Shown here piece after piece: positions 33,733 through 41,537 of a stretch of DNA of 46,043 nucleotides. Location: positions 1 through 46,043 of the forward strand of contig CAYXTC010000001.1 of the NCBI GenBank assembly GCA_964468405.1, in the 5' to 3' direction. Under the pieces are notes generated by a model. The model saw only the letters and a list, made by a program, of their open reading frames with translations, made no database searches and had not been told where the DNA came from. Within the stretch, counting starts at the first letter, position 1. The number at the start of each line of letters is the position of its first letter. The DNA is from an uncultured Candidatus Saccharibacteria bacterium. Its GTDB lineage: Bacteria > Patescibacteriota > Minisyncoccia > Minisyncoccales > GWA2-38-27. The translations under genes were made by a program, and so were the position numbers.

Positions 33733-34680
33733 ATGATTAATAGTCCAAATCTTAAAATAGTATTTATGGGAACCCCTTTCTTCGGGGCCGAAATTTTAAA
33801 AGGTTTATCTTCTTGTTATAAGCCCTCTCTTGTGATTACCTCGTTTGACAAGCCAAAAGGAAGAAAACAAGAAATTCTCCCTCCTCCCGTTAAAAAGACT
33901 GCCCAAGATCTTGAGATACCCGTTTTCCAGACAGAAAGCAATTCAGAAATTCACTCTAAATTAAGAGAGATAAGCCCTGATCTTTTAATATCTGCCTCGT
34001 GCGGGAAAATACTGTCAAAAGAGATTCTAGCCCTTCCGCGTTTCGGATGTTTGAATGTTCACCCCTCCCTTCTGCCGAAATACCGCGGATGTTCGCCCAT
34101 CCAAACTGCTATATTGAAAGGAGACGAAAAAACCGGAGTCACTATTTTTTTAATGGCAGAGGGAATAGATCAAGGAAAAATAATATCCCAGAAAGAAATA
34201 GAGATATCCGCAGAAGACGATTATCCTTCCCTGGAAAAAAAACTGACCCAAGCGGGGTCTGATCTTCTAATCAAAACTATACCAAAATGGATCAAAGGGG
34301 AAATAGAGCCCAAAGAACAATCCGGAGAAGAGTCTTCTTATACTTCAAAAATAAGAAAGGAGGATGGACAAATCGACTGGACAGAAAAGGCAGAGAAAAT
34401 AGAAAGGAAGATAAGGGCTTTTCACCCCTGGCCGGACGCTTTTACTTTTTGGAATAAAAAGGATAAAAAAGTCAGATTAAAAATATTGTCTTCGGAGATT
34501 AAAGAGAAAAAAACCGGGTCTGTCCCGGGACAAGTGTCAGAAGAAAGCCGCAATCTTACTGTTCAATGCCAGGATAAATCACTAATCATAGAAAGGATTC
34601 AGCCGGAAGGAAAACCTGCTATGAATTCTTCGGATTTTCTCAAAGGCAATCCCGACATTAAAGGAACTATCTTAAAATGA
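33733..34680 (+). CDS. fmt: Methionyl-tRNA formyltransferase
   Basis: 315 aa beginning IVFMGTP. The HPSLLPKYRG motif and a C-terminal Fmt domain are present. Confidence 0.9.
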   Translation: MINSPNLKIVFMGTPFFGAEILKGLSSCYKPSLVITSFDKPKGRKQEILPPPVKKTAQDLEIPVFQTESNSEIHSKLREISPDLLISASCGKILSKEILALPRFGCLNVHPSLLPKYRGCSPIQTAILKGDEKTGVTIFLMAEGIDQGKIISQKEIEISAEDDYPSLEKKLTQAGSDLLIKTIPKWIKGEIEPKEQSGEESSYTSKIRKEDGQIDWTEKAEKIERKIRAFHPWPDAFTFWNKKDKKVRLKILSSEIKEKKTGSVPGQVSEESRNLTVQCQDKSLIIERIQPEGKPAMNSSDFLKGNPDIKGTILK

Positions 34681-35261
34681 CCGAATTGTCTTATTCTGAA
34701 ATAGAAAAAGGAGTGAATATAGTTATAGGCGGGAAACCCTTTAAAATACTAGAGACCTCTCCTATGTTTAAGGCAAGAGGACACTCTGTAATTCAAGCCA
34801 AGGCTAAAAACTTGAAAACAGGAGAAATAATATCTAAAACCTTTCATCCGTCTGAATCTTTTGAGGAAGCAGAAATTGATAAAAAGAATCTCAAGTTTAT
34901 TTACTCTCATAGAGGAAACTATGTCTTTTGCGAAAGAGGAAATCCCTCTCAAAGAATTTCTTTTACTGAAGATCAGATAGGAAATTCCAAAAACTTTTTA
35001 AAAGAAGGGCAGGAGGTTGAAGGATTGATGTTTAAAGATAAAATAATCAGCATCCAGCTCCCCATTAAGATCACACTGAAAGTAGAATATGCCCCACCCG
35101 GCATTAAAGGAAACACGTCAGAAGGAGGAACCAAAAATGTAACTTTAGAAACGGGATCTAGGCTAAGCGTTCCCCTGTTTATAAATCAGGGGGATGTTAT
35201 CGAGGTCAACACCGAAGAAAAAAATTATGTAAGAAGAATAAAAAAAGGAAAGGGGTTCTAA
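34677..35261 (+). CDS. efp: Elongation factor P
   Basis: 194 aa with three OB/KOW-like domains. The loop reads FKARGHS where most EF-Ps have KPGKG. It overlaps fmt by ATGA. Confidence 0.88.
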   Translation: MTELSYSEIEKGVNIVIGGKPFKILETSPMFKARGHSVIQAKAKNLKTGEIISKTFHPSESFEEAEIDKKNLKFIYSHRGNYVFCERGNPSQRISFTEDQIGNSKNFLKEGQEVEGLMFKDKIISIQLPIKITLKVEYAPPGIKGNTSEGGTKNVTLETGSRLSVPLFINQGDVIEVNTEEKNYVRRIKKGKGF

Positions 35262-35292
35262 CAAAAATGCGGCCGGGAAGGCCGCATTTTGC
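35262..35292. terminator. Bidirectional terminator
   Basis: AAAAATGCGGCC-GGGAA-GGCCGCATTTT lies between the convergent efp gene and the 82-aa gene. Confidence 0.85.
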
Positions 35293-35541
35293 TTACTTTG
35301 TTGGCCCCGAAGGGACGCCTAGCAGGAATCTTTTCATTCTGGGGAGTACTGTTTCCAGCGCCTCTACTTCCGGCATCAGAGGCTCAAAAGCATCTGTTAT
35401 TTCTTTCATTTCGTCAAGCGAAATCTTGATACCTGATATTTGTTGGTTGGTTTTAACCGTGTAGTAGGTGGCAAAAATACCAATAATCAGAGCCGCTACT
35501 GCTATTATAAGAACAAGGTATAATAATTTTTGGTTTTCCAT
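35293..35541 (-). CDS. Small membrane-anchored protein (82 aa)
   Basis: An N-terminal TM segment (LYLVLIIAVAALIIGIFATYY) is followed by a helical acidic segment. Confidence 0.5.
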   Translation of the reverse strand: MENQKLLYLVLIIAVAALIIGIFATYYTVKTNQQISGIKISLDEMKEITDAFEPLMPEVEALETVLPRMKRFLLGVPSGPTK

Positions 35542-35630
35542 ATTTATTAATTTAGATTCAAAGGAGCGACCTTTTCAATATTCTCTTCTTTAATTTTACC
35601 AATTAATAAAGAAGATATCAAAGTGGAAAA

Positions 35631-38537
35631 CTATCTTCGGGCGTAGTCGCAAATATCTCTGAAGTCGCAAGTTTTACACTGCCAGCCCGGCGTTGGCCTA
35701 AAGTCGCTTTTTTTGATCTTTTCTATCTTCTCGGATATCTCATCCTTTACTTCTTGTTTTTTCTTCTCTTGAGGAGAAAAGGAAACATAATTGTCTCCTT
35801 CTAAATAGTAATAACTAAGTTCTGTGGGCTGAAGGCCAAGGGCCTCTTCTGCTCCTATCTGATAAATAAATAATTGTTTCTTTTCTTCAGGAGAAACTTT
35901 CTTTTTGGGTCTGCCGGTTTTGTAATCTACTATTCTGGCTCCCCTGCCTGCTTTATCTATTCGGTCAATTCTGCCCCTTAGAATCTCCTCTCCTATCTTC
36001 ACCTTAAAGGGTATTTCCAGAGCAAGGGTTCCGTTTACTGTAAGTATTTCCGGCTTCTCTTTGGTGAAGCGGTCATAGAACTGCCTAAGAAGCTTTTTTC
36101 CGTTTTCAAAATAGGCTTCCTTCTGAGATTTGCTATCATACCACTCCCCTATCCACTGTTTTTTGTAAACTTTCATTAAATCCTCGAAAGAAAGAACAGA
36201 ACTTTTCTTACCCGAAGAAAAAAGTTCGGTTTGGGAGTTCCCGCTTTTACTTTCTGCTAGTTTAATAAATTCGTTAAGGGTGTTATGTATTGTTTTCCCG
36301 AAAGAAAAAACCGCTTTTCCTCTTATGGGGATCTTTAAAATATGGGCAAATTTGTACTGCAAAGGACATTTTTCAAAGGCTGCCAGTTGAGAAAAGGAAA
36401 AATAAGCCGGAAGAACTACTTTCTCCTTGGACCCCTTTCTGGCAAAGTTGTTCCTTCTGGTTATCGTTTCCTTCTTTTTCTTTTCCTCTTCTTTCTCATC
36501 AGCCAGGCCCATCTCTATTAAAAATCTCGAGGCCTTTTTTCTCTTTACCCCTCCATAGTCTTCCGCAGAGGAAAAAAACAGCCTCTCTTTCGCCCGAGTC
36601 ATGGCTACATAAAAAAGGCGCCTCTCTTCTTCTAAATGAATATCCCCCTCTGGCGTTTCTTCTTTTTCCAGTTCTTCAGGAATCTCAATGGGCTCTCTTC
36701 TTTCTGTGGTCGGGAACCTCCTGTCTACTAACCCTACAATAAACACGTATTTAAACTCTAATCCTTTAGCCGAGTGCACCGTCATAATTTTAACCACATC
36801 CGGCCCTTCTTCTATATCAAAGTCCAATTTCCCCTCTTCTCCGGATTCCATCTCCAAATTCAATTGTTCTATAAAATTGGGGAGGGTGGCGTCTACAAAA
36901 TCCTCTTCGAATCTTTTTACCTTTTTGTAGAACTGATTAATCAATTCCAGTTTTTGTTTTTGGTCACCGGAAGTAAGATATTTCAAATAGCCGGAGTTCT
37001 GCAAAAAAGAGACCAGAACTTCTGAGACATTGTTTTCTCTGGCTATTCGGGTGTGTTTTTCAATGGAACCCACTAGGGAATTAATTCTTTCTGCTGTTCG
37101 TTTTGAGAGATCAGGAATTACGGCTGCCTCCTGCAAAGCCTCATAAATAGATTTGGCCTCTTTTTTGGCGTAAAGACTGATCTTCATCGCCTCTTCCGGT
37201 TTTATCTTCAAAAAAGGAAACTTCAGCACTCTGTAGAGGGCAGAATTTTCATGATGATTGTCCAAAACTTTAAGATAAGAGATTATATCCAAAATTACAG
37301 GTTTGGAGTAAAGGCCGCAGGAAGCCAGGAACTGATGGGGAATTCTAGCCCTTTCCATGGCTCTGACAAACGGCTTGGCGGAATTGTTCGCTCTTACTAA
37401 AATAGCAAAGTCATTGGGGCTTTTTTCGGGATCCTTACTCATCATCTCTACGATTTTGTTTGCTACCCCCCTTGCTTCCTCGTCTGCGCTTTTAAATCTA
37501 AGGTATTCTATCTTTCCTTTCTTTTTGTCCGGGGCGATCAGTTTTTTGTTTATCTTGCTAACGCATTCCAAGCGATTGGGATCGTTGGCTTTAATAAATT
37601 TATAAGAAAGGTCTAAAATGTTTTGTTTTGATCTGTAGTTTTTAACCAAGAACACTTCAGTTAATTTAGGAAAATCCTTTCTGAATTGAAGAATGTTGTT
37701 ATAAGAGGCCCCTCGCCATCTGTATATAGCCTGATCGTCGTCTGCGCACACTGTCACATTATGGGGAGACCTAGACAAAGTTTTCACCAGATCGTACTGG
37801 GCCTTATTAGTGTCTTGAAACTCGTCAACTAAGATATATTTAAACTTATCTTGAAACTTTTTTAAAACTTGGGGCCTTCTTTTAAAAAGTTTTAAGGTGT
37901 AGTTTATAAGGTCGCCAAAATCCAGATAACCTTCTCCTAAAAGTAGTTTTTGATAAACATGATAAGCATTGGCAACTTCTTTGACCCTCTCTTTTTCTTT
38001 GTCTTCCGGAAGGTCTGTTAAATTACTTTTTAAATCTTCTGCGTGGCTTAAATACTCTTCAGGATAAATGGCCTGATCCTTGCACCGGGAGAAATGAGAA
38101 ATCAAAGCGTGTATAAACTTAGTTGGGTTTCCTAGGGGCTTGTAATAATCTAAATCAAAATTATCAAGATTCTGCCTTATTAAAAGCCAGGCGCCCGTCT
38201 GGTCAAGCAATTTAAAGTCAGAAGGGATGCCGATATCTAGGGCGTAATCTCTTAATATTCTTTCGCAGAAAGAGTGAAAGGTTGAAACCCACAAATCCAT
38301 ATATCCTGCAGGAAGAAGCTGGTCTACTCTTTCTTCCATTTCTTCTGCCGCCTTCTCTGTAAAGGTTACTCCTAGAATTTCCTCAGGCTTAGCCTTTCCC
38401 CGGTCTATTAAATAAGCGATTCTCTGGGTTATTACCGTAGTTTTGCCAGTTCCTGCCCCAGCCACTATTAAAAGAGGCCCGCCGGAATGGGTCACTGCTC
38501 TTTTTTGTTCTTTATTTAATTTCCTCAAATCAATCAT
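35631..38537 (-). CDS. UvrD/PcrA-type SF1 helicase fused to a C-terminal PD-(D/E)XK (Cas4/AddB-like) nuclease with four-Cys cluster
   Basis: 968 aa. Helicase motifs are present: AGAGTGKT, DEFQDT, VGDDDQAIYRWRGA-like, TVHSAKGLEF and YVAMTRA. The C-terminus carries CPLQYKF ... IDRID ... DYKTG ... C-KTC-DFRDIC. Confidence 0.85.
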   Translation of the reverse strand: MIDLRKLNKEQKRAVTHSGGPLLIVAGAGTGKTTVITQRIAYLIDRGKAKPEEILGVTFTEKAAEEMEERVDQLLPAGYMDLWVSTFHSFCERILRDYALDIGIPSDFKLLDQTGAWLLIRQNLDNFDLDYYKPLGNPTKFIHALISHFSRCKDQAIYPEEYLSHAEDLKSNLTDLPEDKEKERVKEVANAYHVYQKLLLGEGYLDFGDLINYTLKLFKRRPQVLKKFQDKFKYILVDEFQDTNKAQYDLVKTLSRSPHNVTVCADDDQAIYRWRGASYNNILQFRKDFPKLTEVFLVKNYRSKQNILDLSYKFIKANDPNRLECVSKINKKLIAPDKKKGKIEYLRFKSADEEARGVANKIVEMMSKDPEKSPNDFAILVRANNSAKPFVRAMERARIPHQFLASCGLYSKPVILDIISYLKVLDNHHENSALYRVLKFPFLKIKPEEAMKISLYAKKEAKSIYEALQEAAVIPDLSKRTAERINSLVGSIEKHTRIARENNVSEVLVSFLQNSGYLKYLTSGDQKQKLELINQFYKKVKRFEEDFVDATLPNFIEQLNLEMESGEEGKLDFDIEEGPDVVKIMTVHSAKGLEFKYVFIVGLVDRRFPTTERREPIEIPEELEKEETPEGDIHLEEERRLFYVAMTRAKERLFFSSAEDYGGVKRKKASRFLIEMGLADEKEEEKKKKETITRRNNFARKGSKEKVVLPAYFSFSQLAAFEKCPLQYKFAHILKIPIRGKAVFSFGKTIHNTLNEFIKLAESKSGNSQTELFSSGKKSSVLSFEDLMKVYKKQWIGEWYDSKSQKEAYFENGKKLLRQFYDRFTKEKPEILTVNGTLALEIPFKVKIGEEILRGRIDRIDKAGRGARIVDYKTGRPKKKVSPEEKKQLFIYQIGAEEALGLQPTELSYYYLEGDNYVSFSPQEKKKQEVKDEISEKIEKIKKSDFRPTPGWQCKTCDFRDICDYARR

Positions 38538-38553
38538 ATTAGATTATCCTATC

Positions 38554-38580
38554 AGAAAAAAACCCTCTTTGAAAGAAGGT
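38554..38580 (-). terminator. Rho-independent terminator (second of a tandem pair)
   Basis: The minus strand reads ACCTTCTTT-C-AAAGAGGGT, followed by TTTTTTT. Confidence 0.7.
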
Positions 38581-38587
38581 CTTTTTT

Positions 38588-38614
38588 AATAAAAATCCCG
38601 CTCTTTGGCGGGAT
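38588..38614 (-). terminator. Rho-independent terminator (first of a tandem pair)
   Basis: The minus strand reads ATCCCGC-CAAAGA-GCGGGAT, followed by TTTTTATT. Confidence 0.7.
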
Positions 38615-38629
38615 ATAAAAGAAAGAAAT

Positions 38630-39073
38630 TCAAGATTCAGCCCCATCATGGCGGATGTAGTGAAACCTTCCGTCCATACTTTGAACTTCGGCTTGATCTT
38701 CTATAAAATTTGCAACTTGTCGAAATCTTAATCCGGGATCGCTATAGGACACACTGCCATCGTGGCAAACATGGAACCAGCCCTTTTCGTCTCTGGCAGG
38801 AGCTACTCCCTCTGAGAAATTGCCTACTTCTTCGAAGTCGGCTTGATAGGCTCTTCGACCGCTATGCTGGATATGATACTCTCTGTCTCCCCTTCTTACG
38901 CGCGCCAATCCTTCCCGAAAGGAAGCCGTATAGTCATAAATAGGCGGGATAACAAACTCGCCCTGGTGATTGATAAACCCCCATCGACCCTGCTCGGTCT
39001 CCGCTGGAGCAAATCCTTCAGAATAAGCTCCCACATATTTTAGTCCTTGATCTTGTTTCGCATTGGTAGCCAT
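38630..39073 (-). CDS. WG-repeat (KWG-like) protein
   Basis: Repeated units of the form F-EG-A-V...G-WGFI/WFHV...G...I are present. The start is taken at the ATG at 39073 (MATNAK), which follows AAAGGGAAAG; the track start at 39103 is a TTG. The gene is visibly richer in G+C than its flanks. Confidence 0.6.
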   Translation of the reverse strand: MATNAKQDQGLKYVGAYSEGFAPAETEQGRWGFINHQGEFVIPPIYDYTASFREGLARVRRGDREYHIQHSGRRAYQADFEEVGNFSEGVAPARDEKGWFHVCHDGSVSYSDPGLRFRQVANFIEDQAEVQSMDGRFHYIRHDGAES

Positions 39074-39111
39074 GTCTTTCCCTTTCTTTTTTCTAAAGAA
39101 CAACTTATTCT

Positions 39112-39140
39112 CTTATACCATCTCTATATTTTTTTGTCAA
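39112..39140 (-). promoter_or_regulatory. Sigma70-like promoter TTGACA-17-TATAAG
   Basis: The -35 box (39140..39135) begins 3 nt after the tspO stop codon. The -10 box is at 39117..39112, followed by a leader with an SD before the ATG at 39073. Confidence 0.6.
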
Positions 39141-39143
39141 AGA

Positions 39144-39605
39144 TTAATTTAAAAGAAACACCTGATAAGTGAGGTATGTAGCAAAGCTAACCCATATAAG
39201 ATAAGGCAACAATAGTAAGGATGCCGTCCTAGAAACGCGCCAATTAAAAATAATTAAGAATAATACGCTTAATCCCAGCAATCCTGCCTCCCAAACAGCA
39301 GGACCTATTAGGCCATTGTAAAAGAAAAGATAACTCCAGAAAACGTTTAAAAATCCGTTGACAAGAAACATTGACACAATAAGCCAAAAACGACTGTCTT
39401 TCTTCCCTCTATTCCAAGCAATAAGGGCTGAGATAGTGGCTAAAATGAAAATCGCGGTCCAAACGCTGCTTATCACAAAACCGGAGGGGGTCCAGGAAGG
39501 AGTATTGATCGACTGGTACCACTCCATGCCTTTTGAGGTTAAAAAACTCCCCACAGAGGCCACGACAACAGTGATTAGAGGAATGACAATATAGTTTGGT
39601 TTCAT
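39144..39605 (-). CDS. tspO: TspO/MBR family tryptophan-rich sensory protein
   Basis: 153 aa with five TM segments. It carries WYQSINTPSWTPSGFVISSVW and a Trp-rich pattern. It overlaps the upstream gene by ATGA. Confidence 0.8.
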   Translation of the reverse strand: MKPNYIVIPLITVVVASVGSFLTSKGMEWYQSINTPSWTPSGFVISSVWTAIFILATISALIAWNRGKKDSRFWLIVSMFLVNGFLNVFWSYLFFYNGLIGPAVWEAGLLGLSVLFLIIFNWRVSRTASLLLLPYLIWVSFATYLTYQVFLLN

Positions 39606-40447
39606 ATTATTTTGTCTATTAGTTTATTAATATATTCTACTGACCCGTCATTCAAGATAACTACATCGTACTGTTTCAGATAATTTTTCTTCTGTTCTTC
39701 CACCTTTTTATTTAAAAATCCCACTTTTATTAAATCACTGTAATCAAACCCCTCTATCATACCCACATCGTCTAGGTTATCCCCCATTAAAATTACGTTC
39801 CTCCTTTTTTCTATTCTGTCAAAAAAAGGGTAGTTTTGTACCGCTGTCTCGTATTTTCTCATTCCGTGAATTATGGGTTCTTCCACAGAGATGGCGTTTC
39901 CTTGCTCATTCCACTTAAAAGAATTAGAAATAATGTAAATGTTGTCAAAAAGCAATCCTTGTTTTTTAAAAAGCATAGAGATAGCGTCCCCTCCCAAGCC
40001 GCTGGAAGACATTATTACCAAAGGTATGCTGTTGTCTCGAAGTTTTGTTATAAGGACCTCGACCCCCTCTCTAAGTTTTATCTTTTCAGAATCCACAATG
40101 GCTTGGATGTGCTTTTTATTTAAACCGGACTTAATCAGCAAAGCGAATTGCTTTTCCCACCACTCTTTCATGGCTTTTATTTTTTCTTCTTTCGGAATAT
40201 CAGGATCTGTTTCTATATTATGATATCTCTCATGAAGAACCTGCGCCTTTTTATTATAATCCCCCGTTAAATAGTCTCCGTGGTAAAGAGCCCAGATTAC
40301 AGAAGGGATATATTCTCCATCAATAAAAGCCTGAGTGAGGGTTCTGTCAAAATCTGCCAGCAAATGGAAATTTTCACTCCCTCCTTGAATGAAATTATCC
40401 TCTTTTTTCTTCAACTCCTCTGGATTATTATAAATAATGTTTTCCAT
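39602..40447 (-). CDS. Pyrimidine 5'-nucleotidase, eukaryotic UMPH-1/NT5C3 type (HAD superfamily)
   Basis: 281 aa. The DFDRTLT nucleophile motif is present. Several segments align with human NT5C3 as I remember it: YHNIETDPDIPKEEK..MKEWWEK, IPLVIMSSSGLG, NVILMGDNLDDVGM and IKVGFLN...YDVVILNDGS. Confidence 0.8.
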   Translation of the reverse strand: MENIIYNNPEELKKKEDNFIQGGSENFHLLADFDRTLTQAFIDGEYIPSVIWALYHGDYLTGDYNKKAQVLHERYHNIETDPDIPKEEKIKAMKEWWEKQFALLIKSGLNKKHIQAIVDSEKIKLREGVEVLITKLRDNSIPLVIMSSSGLGGDAISMLFKKQGLLFDNIYIISNSFKWNEQGNAISVEEPIIHGMRKYETAVQNYPFFDRIEKRRNVILMGDNLDDVGMIEGFDYSDLIKVGFLNKKVEEQKKNYLKQYDVVILNDGSVEYINKLIDKII

Positions 40448-40455
40448 ATTGGTTT

Positions 40456-40464
40456 ATTATAACA
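40456..40464 (-). promoter_or_regulatory. Extended -10 promoter (TGtTATAAT)
   Basis: The minus strand reads TGTTATAAT, followed by 8 nt and then the ATG at 40447. There is no SD. Confidence 0.55.
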
Positions 40465-40496
40465 CAAAAAAAGAGCCTTTATTAGCCAAGGCTCTT
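40464..40496 (-). terminator. Rho-independent terminator
   Basis: A 9-bp stem, AAGAGCCTT (40471-40479) with AAGGCTCTT (40488-40496), is followed by a T-run on the minus strand. The hairpin starts right after the stop codon of the 37-aa ORF. Confidence 0.8.
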
Positions 40497-40610
40497 TTAA
40501 AAATTGGATATAAAGGCCGATACCAGTAAACATAGAAAGGCAAGCCAAAAAATAATTACAGCAATAAAAGCCATAATTTCACTGAGGTGGTTTTTGGTCT
40601 CTTCATCCAT
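40497..40610 (-). CDS. Unlisted 37-aa ORF: putative single-pass membrane peptide
   Basis: Translation: MDEETKNHLSEIMAFIAVIIFWLAFLCLLVSAFISNF. It is framed by its own extended -10 box, an AAAGGGAAG SD-like element and a terminator. Confidence 0.4.
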   Translation of the reverse strand: MDEETKNHLSEIMAFIAVIIFWLAFLCLLVSAFISNF

Positions 40611-40639
40611 TATTCTTCCCTTTTAAAAGATCTTACCTT

Positions 40640-40648
40640 ATTCTAACA
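40640..40648 (-). promoter_or_regulatory. Extended -10 promoter (TGtTAGAAT)
   Basis: The minus strand reads TGTTAGAAT, about 30 nt upstream of the ATG at 40610. Confidence 0.45.
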
Positions 40649-40649
40649 C

Positions 40650-40684
40650 AAAAAAGAAAAAGCCCCGAAAATCCTGATCGGGGC
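40650..40684 (-). terminator. Rho-independent terminator
   Basis: GCCCCGA (40662-40668) pairs with TCGGGGC (40678-40684). On the minus strand TTTTTCTTTTTT follows. Confidence 0.8.
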
Positions 40685-40712
40685 GTATAGAAAGAGCTGG
40701 ATTTAAAAAAAC

Positions 40713-40734
40713 TATATTAAGGTACCTTAATATA
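40713..40734. repeat. Perfect 22-bp palindrome TATATTAAGGTACCTTAATATA
   Basis: The sequence is its own reverse complement, centred on GGTACC. It is flanked by an A-run and a T-run, and lies between the DUF3175 stop codon and the GC-rich terminator. Confidence 0.9.
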
Positions 40735-40777
40735 TTTTTTCATAAACAAAGGCTCCTGTCAATCTAGAAATTACCTC

Positions 40778-41050
40778 CTACTCTTTCCCAAACACCTTGC
40801 GCAGCTCTGTCTTGGATTTCTCTAGAACTTTCTTTTGCTTTGGATCTAGATTGCTTCCTGCCCGGTTAATGTAGAAATTGAGCATAGACATTGCCGACTG
40901 GAAGGCCCCTGCCTTTTTTATTTTGCTCTTTTCAGCAGAGCTCTTTAAAGACAAGGCCACTTTCTTGGGATCTTTAAAAGTAAAAACACCCTCTTCCAAA
41001 TCAAGAGAGTCACTCTCTCCGGTTATCTTTGAAGACCAGTTCTTTGCCAT
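40778..41050 (-). CDS. DUF3175-family protein
   Basis: 90 aa. The pattern SLDLEEGVFTFKDPKKVALSLKSSAE...FQSAMSMLNFYINRAG...L matches the DUF3175 consensus as I remember it. Confidence 0.65.
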   Translation of the reverse strand: MAKNWSSKITGESDSLDLEEGVFTFKDPKKVALSLKSSAEKSKIKKAGAFQSAMSMLNFYINRAGSNLDPKQKKVLEKSKTELRKVFGKE

Positions 41051-41171
41051 ACTGCCCTCATCTTAACTCTCTTAAGGTAAAGAGACAAACAAATCTCCGC
41101 TCTTTGGGTATGCTATCATCGAAGGCCCGGCCTCTGGAAGGGAGACCGCCCATCTTGAATGGGAATTTTTA

Positions 41172-41537
41172 TTAAAACCGCTCAACAATATAGGGAAGGA
41201 ATATTAAAAATCCAATTATCGCAGCCCCGATAGAAATAACGAAGACTGCTCCGGCTGAGATATCTTTAATCCTCTTTATTCTGGGGTCGTGGTCGGGCTG
41301 TAAAAAATCCAGCACTTTCTCTATTTGAGTATTCAACAGTTCGAAGGCCAAAACAGAGGTTATTAGAAAAATAACTATTATTTTTTCTAAAGGATGTATC
41401 CCTAAAGCAAACATAAAAATCACAACCAAAACACCACACAAACAAAGAACCTGAAAAGTTTGTTCGTGGTGGGCTGTCCTCAATCCTTTGAGGGCTGCCC
41501 TGAAACTACTTTTTAGTTTCCCGGGACTAATAATCAT
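41172..41537 (-). CDS. dgkA: Diacylglycerol/undecaprenol kinase (DgkA family)
   Basis: 121 aa with three TM segments. The ELLNTQIE box and DISAGAV are present, as in prokaryotic DAGK. Confidence 0.8.
   Translation of the reverse strand: MIISPGKLKSSFRAALKGLRTAHHEQTFQVLCLCGVLVVIFMFALGIHPLEKIIVIFLITSVLAFELLNTQIEKVLDFLQPDHDPRIKRIKDISAGAVFVISIGAAIIGFLIFLPYIVERF

Noticed and set aside
36290-36742. 150-aa plus-strand ORF inside the helicase-nuclease gene
   Set aside because: It is antisense to a well-supported 968-aa gene, and its Ser/Leu/Pro-rich composition is typical of shadow ORFs.
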